A DNA stretch of 39,371 nucleotides from sequence record SRR31156797_21211, one strand, 5' to 3'. Every line of letters starts with the position of its first letter. Position 1 is the first letter of the stretch. Positions 12,515-21,169 of the stretch are shown in pieces. The notes beneath the pieces were generated by a model. That model worked only from the letters and a program-made list of their open reading frames with translations. It searched no databases and was not told the origin of the DNA. The translations under genes were made by a program, and so were the position numbers.

Positions 12515-14287
12515 TTAAATCAAATGGTTTTCTTTCAACAGATCGCCAATGTAGGTATGTTCGGTTTTCTTAACGAATCCTTCCAATAGTTTCCGTTCGA
12601 TAAATGGTAGCTCCATTTCCGTGATTTTTTTCTTATCGGTCAGATAATAGACAGCTTTGGCCAAGGTACGCAGATCATAAGCGGAAGCAAACACTTCTGG
12701 TACCCCGCGTTCCACATCTAATAGCTGATAAACAGCCTCCATTGCAGTCCGAACGGAATACTCTGTTGTAAAAACAGTGTCTCTTTCAGTCTCTGCGAAA
12801 TTACCGATAAAAGCTAAATTTTTGGAGCCATTTGGAATAACCAATGGCCGATCCCCTGGCTCACGCAGCATGAAGTAGGAAGTGATAAACGGCATGTAAA
12901 CCGGAACTGCCACACTTGATTCTTTTGAAATGCGTTGGATTTCTGCTTCCGGCACGCCTAAATGGTAAAGCAGTTCTTGCACGATTTCTTGTCCCGAACA
13001 TTGTTCAATTGGTTTTTTGATGTAGTTTCCTGGCGTATTTGACAACAATCCATACACCCATGTGATCGTTTGTTGGTCTTTTTGTTCTTTAAAGTGCGGT
13101 TGGCGATGGGTCGCAAAGCTCATCATCCAATTGGAATCTTTGATGGTGACGATCCCGCCAGTGACGATTCTGCCTGTTCGCAACTTGCGATGGGTCAATT
13201 TTTCTAAATAAGGTTCAACATCAAAATTTTGCCAAGTGACAGTTGCCGAAACAAACCAGCTTTCTTCAGGTAAGTTTTCATAAAAGACTTCTGGATGACC
13301 AAACTCAGGCGATTGCGCCGCCAAGTTTTTCCATAAACGCCAGCTACCACCAGGTGCTTTTGAGATAGGCGCTGGAGTATAATGGTCCCCTTGCGTGGAA
13401 CTTTCAGTGATCGATCCGTTGGTAACAAAGACCAAGTCATCTTCTGACAAAGGAATTTCTTCGATTGCCCCCGCTTTTTCTAGCACAAGTTTTTGAGCAA
13501 CTTTTTCCTCGCCCACGATCCGAACATCGATATTGCTGACTGTGCATTCATATTGGAAGTCGACTCCTTGTTCTTCCAAATAAGCAAGTAGTGGTTTGAC
13601 CAATGACTCATATTGGTTGTAACGGGTAAATTTTAACGCGGTAAAATCAGGCAAGCCATCGATATGATGCACAAAACGCAACACATAGCGTCGCATTTCA
13701 ATCGCCGAATGCCATTTTTCAAAGGCGAACATCGTACACCAGTATAGCCAAAAATTGGATTCAAAGAATTCTTCGCCAAAAACATCTTCGATTTTTTTTC
13801 CGATCAATTGATCTTCTGAAGTCATAAATAATTGAGTCAATTCTTTTTGTGCTGTAGCAGACAAGGTAAATTCTCCATCATCTGCTGCTCGTTGGCCGCG
13901 ATTGTGGATGATCCGACAGTTAGACGAATTTGGATCATCGTTATCCAACCAGTAAAACTCATCTAACACCGAAGCATCTTCCACCTCCAAAGACGGAATT
14001 GAGCGAAATAGATCCCACAGACACTCAAAATGATTTTCCATTTCTCGACCGCCGCGGGTCACAAATCCATCATGGGGAATGAATTTTCCGTCTAATGAAC
14101 CGCCTGATAAAGAAAGTTCTTCAAGGACGTGGATTTTCTCACCCGCCATATGGCCGTCACGGATCAAGAAGACTGCCGCAGCAAGTCCTGCTAATCCCCC
14201 ACCAACAATATAGGCTTCTTTCTTTTCGACATCTTTCGGTTTTCTGCTTCTTGCAAAAGCTTCGTAATTTCCGTTCGTATATCTCAT
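12515..14287 (-). CDS. ohyA: Oleate hydratase (myosin-cross-reactive antigen family)
   Basis: [26 protein letters not shown] motif, [23 protein letters not shown]. Confidence 0.95.
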   Translation of the reverse strand: MRYTNGNYEAFARSRKPKDVEKKEAYIVGGGLAGLAAAVFLIRDGHMAGEKIHVLEELSLSGGSLDGKFIPHDGFVTRGGREMENHFECLWDLFRSIPSLEVEDASVLDEFYWLDNDDPNSSNCRIIHNRGQRAADDGEFTLSATAQKELTQLFMTSEDQLIGKKIEDVFGEEFFESNFWLYWCTMFAFEKWHSAIEMRRYVLRFVHHIDGLPDFTALKFTRYNQYESLVKPLLAYLEEQGVDFQYECTVSNIDVRIVGEEKVAQKLVLEKAGAIEEIPLSEDDLVFVTNGSITESSTQGDHYTPAPISKAPGGSWRLWKNLAAQSPEFGHPEVFYENLPEESWFVSATVTWQNFDVEPYLEKLTHRKLRTGRIVTGGIVTIKDSNWMMSFATHRQPHFKEQKDQQTITWVYGLLSNTPGNYIKKPIEQCSGQEIVQELLYHLGVPEAEIQRISKESSVAVPVYMPFITSYFMLREPGDRPLVIPNGSKNLAFIGNFAETERDTVFTTEYSVRTAMEAVYQLLDVERGVPEVFASAYDLRTLAKAVYYLTDKKKITEMELPFIERKLLEGFVKKTEHTYIGDLLKENHLI

Positions 14288-14451
14288 GTAGATCCCTCCT
14301 AATATTGGTACGTTTTTATGGTATCAGTAACTATTTTTTTTGACAAAAATTTGTACTAGTAAAATCAAGTGATTTTGACAAATCGGCCTTTTTGTCAAAA
14401 AAACAAGGGCAAAGTCCCACCTTTTAGAAGATCTGCGCCCAGCACAAAAAG

Positions 14452-14489
14452 CGCCCCTAAGAAAACTGATTGCAGCTTTCTTAGGGGCG
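14452..14489 (-). terminator. Terminator of the NlpC/P60 gene
   Basis: CGCCCCTAAGAAA...TTTCTTAGGGGCG stem with an A-tract on its left. Confidence 0.75.
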
Positions 14490-14531
14490 TTTCTAACAAA
14501 GGACAAACCCTTTGCCTTTTCAATAAAATAT

Positions 14532-16175
14532 TTATTTCACGCGTAGAGCGAAGCTAGCAGTCGAAAAGCCTGATTGTGCTTCGGTGACTGTATAACCCGT
14601 GCTTGGCGCATGGATATAGCTTGTATTACTTGTAGCGATCGCTACATGGTAGGTATTCCCTTTTTGACCCCAGAACAGCAAGTCGCCAGCTTGTGCTTGC
14701 GAGACAGGAATGATCGTCCCTGCGCTTTCTTGTGGGACTGTCCAATCACCGATGTTTTTGCCCGTCACTTTTAAGAAGACGTAGCGTGTAAACCCAGAAC
14801 AGTCGAATACATCTGGTCCTTTGCCTCCCCATTGATAAGGAGTGCCGATATGTTTTCTAGCTTCTGCAACGATCGCTGCTCCGTTCACGCTCATCGGAAC
14901 ATTAGTATTGCCTGCGTTGTTATTGTTGCCAGGAGTCGTCGCACTGACTTCTTTGACATATGCTGCAGATACCCAGCCACCAGTTGATAACTTATACCAA
15001 GTGGTATTGCCATTGACTGACGTGCCTTGTTTTTGAGCCACTGCTTTGAAGGTCGCATTACTGCCCAAACTGCTGACCACACTTGCAGAAGTCGATGCAT
15101 TTGAGCGCACATTCATCCCAGTGGTTGTTTGGAACGTCTTATTGATGGCTTGCTCACTCGCATTGCTTGAGCCGTTTGATGAACCAGTATTGTTTGAACC
15201 TGTGTTTGAATTATTGTTATTACTTGTATTTCCAGAACTAGACGTGACGTCACGCACATATGCCGCTGTGATCCAGCCACCAGTCGATACTTTGTACCAA
15301 ACATTGGTGCCGCCAACGGATGTGCCATTTTTCTGGGCAACGACCTTCACCGTCGTGCTGTTGCTTAGGCTGCCAACGACACTGCCGCTTGTTGACGCAC
15401 TCGAACGAACATTTAATGCCGCTGTTGTTTTCACGTTCTTGGTGATAGCCGTTTCTGCAGAAACACTTGTATTGCCGCCAGAAGAACTATTGCCTGTGGA
15501 GCTACTGGAAACATCTTTGACATAGGCTGCCGTGATCCAACCGCCTGTGGACAATTTGTACCAAGTGGTCGTGCCATTCACCGATGTCCCACTCTTTTGT
15601 GCAACGACCTGTACTGTCGCATTACTGCTCAAACCGCGTACGACACTAGAACTTGTCGTTGCATTTGAACGGACGTTCAATGCAGTAGTCGTTTTCACTG
15701 ATTTCGAAATTGCTTTTTCCGATGAAGAAGACGACGAATTGGACGAGCCTGTATTGGCAGAAGAAGAGCCTGAGGTGCTCTTCACATAAGCCCCTGAGAT
15801 CCAGCCGCCTGTTGATAGCTTATACCATATTGTATTGCCATTCACTGAGGTACCGTTCTTTTGAGCCACCGCAGTGATTGTTGTATTTGCTCTTACACCA
15901 CTTACGATAGAGGCACTTGTTGAAGCATTTGAACGAACATTCAGTGAAGCTGTTGTTTTAAATTGTCGATTGATCGCCGTTTCAGCTGACGATCTGGCAA
16001 GAGTAGCAGTTGTGTTGGTTGATGACGAAGCGTTCGTCGTTTCGGTCGCATGAGCAAGAGACGTAAAGACACCTGATGTTGATGCTAACGCTGCTGTGAT
16101 ACCCAATCCTTTTTGTACGAAAAGGGACCGTTTTTGTTTCACTAAACGCTTCCGTTTGATTTTCCGAGATTCCAA
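14532..16175 (-). CDS. Secreted peptidoglycan endopeptidase with four SH3b repeats and a C-terminal NlpC/P60 domain
   Basis: Signal peptide ending AHA; 4x LNVRS...WYKLSTGGW; PYQWGG...FDCSGF...HVAI...IHA; likely TTG start at 16175 after GGGGG RBS. Confidence 0.9.
   Translation of the reverse strand: MESRKIKRKRLVKQKRSLFVQKGLGITAALASTSGVFTSLAHATETTNASSSTNTTATLARSSAETAINRQFKTTASLNVRSNASTSASIVSGVRANTTITAVAQKNGTSVNGNTIWYKLSTGGWISGAYVKSTSGSSSANTGSSNSSSSSSEKAISKSVKTTTALNVRSNATTSSSVVRGLSSNATVQVVAQKSGTSVNGTTTWYKLSTGGWITAAYVKDVSSSSTGNSSSGGNTSVSAETAITKNVKTTAALNVRSSASTSGSVVGSLSNSTTVKVVAQKNGTSVGGTNVWYKVSTGGWITAAYVRDVTSSSGNTSNNNNSNTGSNNTGSSNGSSNASEQAINKTFQTTTGMNVRSNASTSASVVSSLGSNATFKAVAQKQGTSVNGNTTWYKLSTGGWVSAAYVKEVSATTPGNNNNAGNTNVPMSVNGAAIVAEARKHIGTPYQWGGKGPDVFDCSGFTRYVFLKVTGKNIGDWTVPQESAGTIIPVSQAQAGDLLFWGQKGNTYHVAIATSNTSYIHAPSTGYTVTEAQSGFSTASFALRVK
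14950..15965 (-). repeat. Four intragenic SH3b-coding repeats separated by Ser/Asn/Gly linkers (approximate bounds)
   Basis: Repeated TTxxLNVRSxAxTSxSVV...NGTxVxGxTxWYKxSTGGWxxxAYV units. Confidence 0.85.
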
Positions 16176-16787
16176 TAAAACACCCCCTGTACCCCATTTT
16201 AACAAAAATTAATATTTTTTGATATTGTTTTCGTTTTGTATTTTTTTAATTTGCGTTTAATAAAACGTGTCATTTATTTTCCTGCGTTATTCTTTTTAAT
16301 CACTTTCGCTTTGACGCTGACCGTTGGCACTATATTTACAAAGATTTCTATAAACAACAAAAAAATGCTATTTCATTCAACGTTATTTTAATTCGCGAAT
16401 AAAAACAGGATTTTTTTTACAAACAAACCCACTTTTTGAAAATCAAGACTGTTATTTGAATAACATTTCTTTCCTGATCCCCTTTTTCAAAAATCGATAC
16501 TAAAATCACCCATTTATCATTCCTTTTTTACACACGGGGTTCTGTGAAAAAAGTTTTTTCAAAAAGAATGCTTCTTTTACCAGTGTGATCGACGCTATGA
16601 TGAAATCCTGTTACATCGCTTCCAACTGGATACGAATTTTTTGATAGAGAAGTCCCTCACTTCTACCGAAAGAAATATTTTCACAATGTATTTCATACGA
16701 AAGTTTATAATACCAAGGAGAAAACCAAGAATTTGCACAAGTTTGTGAAATTATGCTATACTAAAAAAAAGGAAGAGGTGACCGAGT

Positions 16788-16943
16788 ATGAAAACAAAGA
16801 CGAAAGAAAAAGTTTATGCTGAACGACAACATAACTACAAAACGAAAAAAGAAGAGATTTTCAAAAAAGCCCTAGATTCCGTACCGACCACAGACAAGAA
16901 AAAAGAAGAACAGAAAAAAGAAGAACAGAAAAAGAAAGCGTAG
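16788..16943 (+). CDS. Small Lys/Glu-rich protein, 51 aa (not in the ORF track)
   Basis: MKTKTKEKVYAERQHNYKTKKEEIFKKALDSVPTTDKKKEEQKKEEQKKKA; promoter TTGCAC-18bp-TATACT with TG (16733-16762); GAGGTG RBS; downstream terminator. Confidence 0.72.
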   Translation: MKTKTKEKVYAERQHNYKTKKEEIFKKALDSVPTTDKKKEEQKKEEQKKKA

Positions 16944-16974
16944 AATCCTGCGTTTTCTTTTTTTGTTGATCTGT

Positions 16975-17019
16975 AAAAAGACGAGGCTTCGCCGAAGGGT
17001 GGCGAGTCTCGTCTTTATT
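16975..17019. terminator. Terminator after the small ORF
   Basis: AAAGACGAG..TCGCC..GGCGA..CTCGTCTTT stem. Confidence 0.75.
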
Positions 17020-17165
17020 GTAATCGAAAAAAAAGCAGGCTATGATACTTTCTATCTCAACCATTGTCAATTCACCTTGAAAATCACCGAATGACTACCA
17101 TCAATGCAATAAAGGGAAACTCTTCCTCAAAAGAAGCGACAGTTTCTTATTCCAACGGGTCTTAA

Positions 17166-17236
17166 ACACAATATTTAGTAGGCGAAAACACGTTCCTACA
17201 ATATATTGTGGATAAACCTGTTGAAACTGTGCATAA
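17166..17236. promoter_or_regulatory. Tandem NrdR-box-like sites plus DnaA boxes
   Basis: ACACAATATTTAGTAG (17166-17181) and CTACAATATATTGTGG (17196-17211); TGTGGATAA (17207-17215) and TGTGCATAA (17228-17236). Confidence 0.65.
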
Positions 17237-17272
17237 CTAAAAAGCCTGCGATTTTTTTGCAGACTTTTTAGT
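17235..17272. terminator. Bidirectional terminator
   Basis: AACTAAAAAGCCTGC...GCAGACTTTTTAGTT. Confidence 0.75.
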
Positions 17273-17288
17273 TATTGACATGCTTGAA

Positions 17289-17747
17289 TTAATCTAGAGA
17301 TAAATAATAGCTCACATTATCTGGTAACGGTTTAAAGCCATTCTTTTTGTAAAAATCCGCTGCGGGCATACTTTCTTCGGTATCTAACAGGATCGTTGGA
17401 ATCTCTTTCTTGAGCAGATCCTCTTTGATCATTTCTAAGAAAGTGGAACCCAAGCCCTTTCCTTGGTGCTTGCCTGTAATTAAAAAGGTGTCGACCACAT
17501 ACTCTTTTCCTTGATACCAGGGCTTGATAAAGCCTAATGAAAGACCAATCAATTCATTCGATGCTCGGTTTGTTAGTCGATAACCAATAAAAGTATTCAT
17601 TGCCATCATTGATGATACATAGTCGGTGATTTGCGGCACTGTCAATTGGTCATTCCATGGTTCTGCTGAAAATACAGCAATATAGTGGTCCACGACTTCT
17701 GCTAAATCTGCCGTTGTTAATTCACGCATGCTTACGTTCTTTTCCAT
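17289..17747 (-). CDS. GNAT family N-acetyltransferase
   Basis: HQGKGLGSTFL and AADFYKKNGF motifs; AGGAG RBS before ATG 17747. Confidence 0.85.
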   Translation of the reverse strand: MEKNVSMRELTTADLAEVVDHYIAVFSAEPWNDQLTVPQITDYVSSMMAMNTFIGYRLTNRASNELIGLSLGFIKPWYQGKEYVVDTFLITGKHQGKGLGSTFLEMIKEDLLKKEIPTILLDTEESMPAADFYKKNGFKPLPDNVSYYLSLD

Positions 17748-17818
17748 CCTATCTCCTGCTTCCCTTTCTATTTCGGTCGAGCCTATACTCGAAGAATCCA
17801 CTAATTTTTGTGCGTGTA

Positions 17819-18118
17819 TCAATCATCGATTCGTTTTGCATAGCCATTGCCATAACTGATATAACGGCGCTTTTGGTTGACGGCCATTTTTTTATGAATC
17901 TCTGCTTCAAGATCAATGGAAAGGATTTCTGCTAACCCAAGAAGATAAATCGCCACATCCGCCAATTCTTCTCCTACCTCTTGTTGCTTCCGATAGGCAT
18001 CAAAGGCCTCCCCTATTTCACCATATAAAGCCAAAAACTCTTTTTCAATATTGGTGACATTGAATTGGTGATCAATCTTGTTTTGATAAATCGCTTTTTG
18101 CATTTCTGATAGTTTCAT
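17819..18118 (-). CDS. MazG-like nucleotide pyrophosphohydrolase
   Basis: EIGEAFDAY...EELADVAIYLLGLA (ExxE...ExxD); AAGGAG RBS; TGgTATACT extended -10. Confidence 0.82.
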   Translation of the reverse strand: MKLSEMQKAIYQNKIDHQFNVTNIEKEFLALYGEIGEAFDAYRKQQEVGEELADVAIYLLGLAEILSIDLEAEIHKKMAVNQKRRYISYGNGYAKRIDD

Positions 18119-18194
18119 AGTCGCTCCTTTTGGGATAGTATACCATTTAATTAAAATTCAAAATAGAAACTTAGTAAAAAAATCACCTCAAAAA

Positions 18195-18245
18195 ATAGTG
18201 ACCCCAAAACGTTAGAATTTTGATCTAACTTTTGTAGGTCACTAT
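18195..18245. repeat. 51-bp imperfect palindrome resembling IS3/IS150-family ends; probably also terminates the upstream PTS operon
   Basis: ATAGTGACC-CCAAAACGTTAGA...TCTAACTTTTG-TA-GGTCACTAT. Confidence 0.5.
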
Positions 18246-18264
18246 AATATAGGATTCCCTTTTT

Positions 18265-19578
18265 TTATTCTGCCCGCTCCAATTCAGCAGATTTGATTGC
18301 AACCCGTTGAGCGATTTTTAAAAATGGAAAATAGATTGCTACACAGACGACGATGATGATCACTTGAACCAAAACAACTTTAAAATCCCCTTTTGATGCC
18401 AACAATGCACTAAGAATTGGTGGTGTCGTCCAAGGAACCATCACAGAAAGTGGCTCAATGAATCCTACTGCGGTAGCAAAGTAGCCAATCAACGTCGCCA
18501 CAATTGGACTTGCAACGAAGGGAATGATCATGGGTAAATTGAAGACGATCGGTAAACCAAAGATGATTGGCTCATTGATATTAAAAATACCCGGAGCTAG
18601 GGATAGATTGACGACATCCCGAAAAGGTTGGTAATTGCGGACGAATAAGAGCACTGCAATGATCAAGCTGATCGTAAATCCAGTCCCGCCTAGTTGTGCG
18701 AAAACCGTCACGAATGCTGAATTTAAGATATTGGGTGGCGTAGCGCCTTCTTGCACGGCTTGCATGTTTTCATTCATATTGACTAACAGCAATGGATCTA
18801 ATAAGGTGCCATTGATGACGGTTTGGTGAATGCCTAAAGTAAACAGAAAGTTGCCCGTTGAATAGATGATCAAGAACCCAAAAATCGATGTGTTCAATAA
18901 ACGCAGTGGTTCTTGGATCACTGTGGAAATGATTTGAATCAGATCGGTATCAAAGGCTGCTAGCACGGTCGCAACTAAGGCAAAGAAAGAAATCACTAAA
19001 ATAGCAAGGATCAACGTGCTGAAGGATTTGCTGACGGCAGGAGGAACTTGATCCCCTAAATTGATTTTTAAGTGCTTGTTTTCTGACAGTCGAATAAATA
19101 ATTCCGTGGCAACTAACCCACAAATGATGCCAGAAAACATCCCTTTGGTCCCGACATCGTCAAACAGCATCACACCACTGATGGTTACTTCTGCTTGAGC
19201 GCCTTCTGGCATCACGGCATGAGCCATCGCCAACATGACCACTAAGCAAGTCGTTGCCACAAAAGTTGCATTGATAGCGCTTGGATTATTTTTGTTGCGA
19301 CAAAGAAAGTAGGCGATCATCGGAGCAATCAGCAAACCGGCGATATTCAATGTTCCATTGGTGATGGAATTGCCAAACACTTGTATTCGCGCCAAGGCAG
19401 CCCCTTCTAAGAACCACGGAAAGAAGACATTATTAAACAACACAGCGATCCCCGCGATAATAAAGGCAGGCATTAAGGTCGCAAACGCATCACGAAGACT
19501 TTTGAGATGAACCTGATTGCCGAGACGGACCGAAAACTCTGTAAATTTATCTAAAAACGTGCGCTTTTCTGCTGCCAT
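18265..19578 (-). CDS. PTS lactose/cellobiose-family EIIC (CelB-like)
   Basis: SLRDAF, IFNINEPIIFGLPIVFN, VPWTTPPIL. Confidence 0.92.
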   Translation of the reverse strand: MAAEKRTFLDKFTEFSVRLGNQVHLKSLRDAFATLMPAFIIAGIAVLFNNVFFPWFLEGAALARIQVFGNSITNGTLNIAGLLIAPMIAYFLCRNKNNPSAINATFVATTCLVVMLAMAHAVMPEGAQAEVTISGVMLFDDVGTKGMFSGIICGLVATELFIRLSENKHLKINLGDQVPPAVSKSFSTLILAILVISFFALVATVLAAFDTDLIQIISTVIQEPLRLLNTSIFGFLIIYSTGNFLFTLGIHQTVINGTLLDPLLLVNMNENMQAVQEGATPPNILNSAFVTVFAQLGGTGFTISLIIAVLLFVRNYQPFRDVVNLSLAPGIFNINEPIIFGLPIVFNLPMIIPFVASPIVATLIGYFATAVGFIEPLSVMVPWTTPPILSALLASKGDFKVVLVQVIIIVVCVAIYFPFLKIAQRVAIKSAELERAE

Positions 19579-19590
19579 TTTCTGTTCCTC

Positions 19591-20970
19591 CTATTCTGCA
19601 TATGGGTTTGTATAGATCGTACTACCATTCGTTTTGATCACTTCTTTGAACCATTCATACGATTTTTTCGGCACACGTTTCATATCTCGCAACTCATGGT
19701 TGCCACGATTGACATACACAAGTCCGTATCGTTTCTCCATATCACCTTGAGAGCTCAAAATGTCGATCAGCCCCCAGCCAAGATAACCAAGACAGACCAC
19801 TCCATCTTCCACCATCGCTGCAAACATCGCTCGAATATGCTCTTGATGGTAGGCAATCCGGTAATCATCTTGAATCGGTTCGTTGCCATTCCAATGCTCT
19901 CTGACACCAATTCCGTTTTCAATCGGAAACACTGGCAAGCGGTACCGCTGATAGACTTTATTTAAGACATCACGGAAGCCGAGCGGATCAATTTGCCAAT
20001 TCCATTCCGTCGTTTCAATATACGGATTGTCTTGTTTTCCAAAAGTCATGTACCGATTTGGCGGCGTTCCTTCAGGGATTTTTTCAGCGTTCAAGGTAGA
20101 AGAAGCATAATAGCTAAAGGCAATGTAATCATTTTTCTGCGCTGCGATCGCTTCTAATTCCCCAGGTAAAATATTCATATTGAGTTGATGATTTTTCACG
20201 TATCGGTCTTGTGCTGCCGAATACTTGCCGTGCGCATAGCAATCTAATAAAGTAAAATTCGCAAATTCATCAAACTCTCTTGCTGCTTTGATGTCTTGTG
20301 GACGACAAGTCGCTGGATACGCTTCAGAATACGCCAGCATGCCGCCAATCTTCGCATTTGTTGTTTCATGAAGATAGTTACAGATCTCTGCATGGCAAAC
20401 CATGACATTGTGGAAAATTTGATACAATTCTTCTGTTGTTTCTTCCCCTTCTAAATAGCCGCTGATCTTAAAACCATGATCTTGGTGGAAAAGATTTTGT
20501 TCGTTAAAGGTTAACCAATAATGGACTTTATCCGCAAAACGATCCACCATTTCTTTTCCAAAGCGAATGAATGCGTCCTTCACTTCTTTACTGATGAAAC
20601 CGTTATAGGTTTTCGCCAGATGTAGGGGCATATCAAAATGGTACAAACAAATCATAGGTTCGATTCCTCGAGCTAACAGATCATCAATAAAACGATCGTA
20701 ATAGGCGATCCCTTCTTCATTAAAGGCACCATCTCCATCGTGAACGACCCTTGACCAAGAAATTTGAAAACGATACATGTTCATCCCCAAATCTTTCATA
20801 TAATCAAAATCTTCTGTATACGCATGATAGTTATCATTTGCTACATGCCAATCGCTAGCCTGTTCCGAAGCTTCCCGTATATCATAAACGGATAAGCTTT
20901 TACCACCTTCATTCCATCCACCTTCTGTCTGCATACTGCTGACACTGTTTCCCCAATAAAATGTCGTCAT
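19591..20970 (-). CDS. GH1 glycoside hydrolase (phospho-beta-glycosidase)
   Basis: WGNSVSSMQTEG, TFNEQN, PIENG, KRYGLVYV. Confidence 0.92.
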   Translation of the reverse strand: MTTFYWGNSVSSMQTEGGWNEGGKSLSVYDIREASEQASDWHVANDNYHAYTEDFDYMKDLGMNMYRFQISWSRVVHDGDGAFNEEGIAYYDRFIDDLLARGIEPMICLYHFDMPLHLAKTYNGFISKEVKDAFIRFGKEMVDRFADKVHYWLTFNEQNLFHQDHGFKISGYLEGEETTEELYQIFHNVMVCHAEICNYLHETTNAKIGGMLAYSEAYPATCRPQDIKAAREFDEFANFTLLDCYAHGKYSAAQDRYVKNHQLNMNILPGELEAIAAQKNDYIAFSYYASSTLNAEKIPEGTPPNRYMTFGKQDNPYIETTEWNWQIDPLGFRDVLNKVYQRYRLPVFPIENGIGVREHWNGNEPIQDDYRIAYHQEHIRAMFAAMVEDGVVCLGYLGWGLIDILSSQGDMEKRYGLVYVNRGNHELRDMKRVPKKSYEWFKEVIKTNGSTIYTNPYAE

Positions 20971-20988
20971 ATTGATTCCTCCATCATT

Positions 20989-21037
20989 TGTATTCGCTTA
21001 CAAAACCTATTATAATTAGGTGAAATCGGCATGTAAA
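20989..21037 (-). promoter_or_regulatory. sigmaA promoter and cre site of the GH1-EIIC operon
   Basis: TTTACA-17bp-TATAAT (21037-21009); cre-like TGTAAGCGAATACA at 20989-21002 near the predicted +1. Confidence 0.7.
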
Positions 21038-21169
21038 TTTTTCGAGAACACATGTAAAGCTTTTTCTGTACATATGAATTTCAGTTGATTCTTTAATGAT
21101 ATACCTTGTTTTTATCCCCTTCAAACAAAACTCAAGTCCATGAATTACTTTACATAAGGAGTGATGACT

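Noticed and set aside
14950..15965. Periodic repeats considered as a CRISPR-like or other non-coding array
   Set aside because: They are degenerate in-frame SH3b domain repeats; no identical direct repeats and no cas genes.
16599..16697. Possible WalR boxes upstream of the autolysin (TGTAAC-N5-TTCATC; ATGAAA-N5-TGTGAA on minus)
   Set aside because: Only one half-site fits TGTWAH-N5-TGTWAH in each case; too weak to call.
16733..16760. Rex-like half-sites (TGCACAA / TTGTGAA)
   Set aside because: The half-sites are in the wrong order for TTGTGAA-N4-TTCACAA.
16861..17070. 69-aa minus-strand ORF from the track (a weak AAGGTG RBS precedes ATG 17064)
   Set aside because: It runs through a terminator and antisense to the better-supported 51-aa gene; its hydrophobic tail is just the complement of Lys/Glu codons. 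At most a remnant.
17200..17240. oriC or a plasmid origin
   Set aside because: Only two good DnaA boxes, with no dnaA/dnaN, rep gene or obvious unwinding element nearby.
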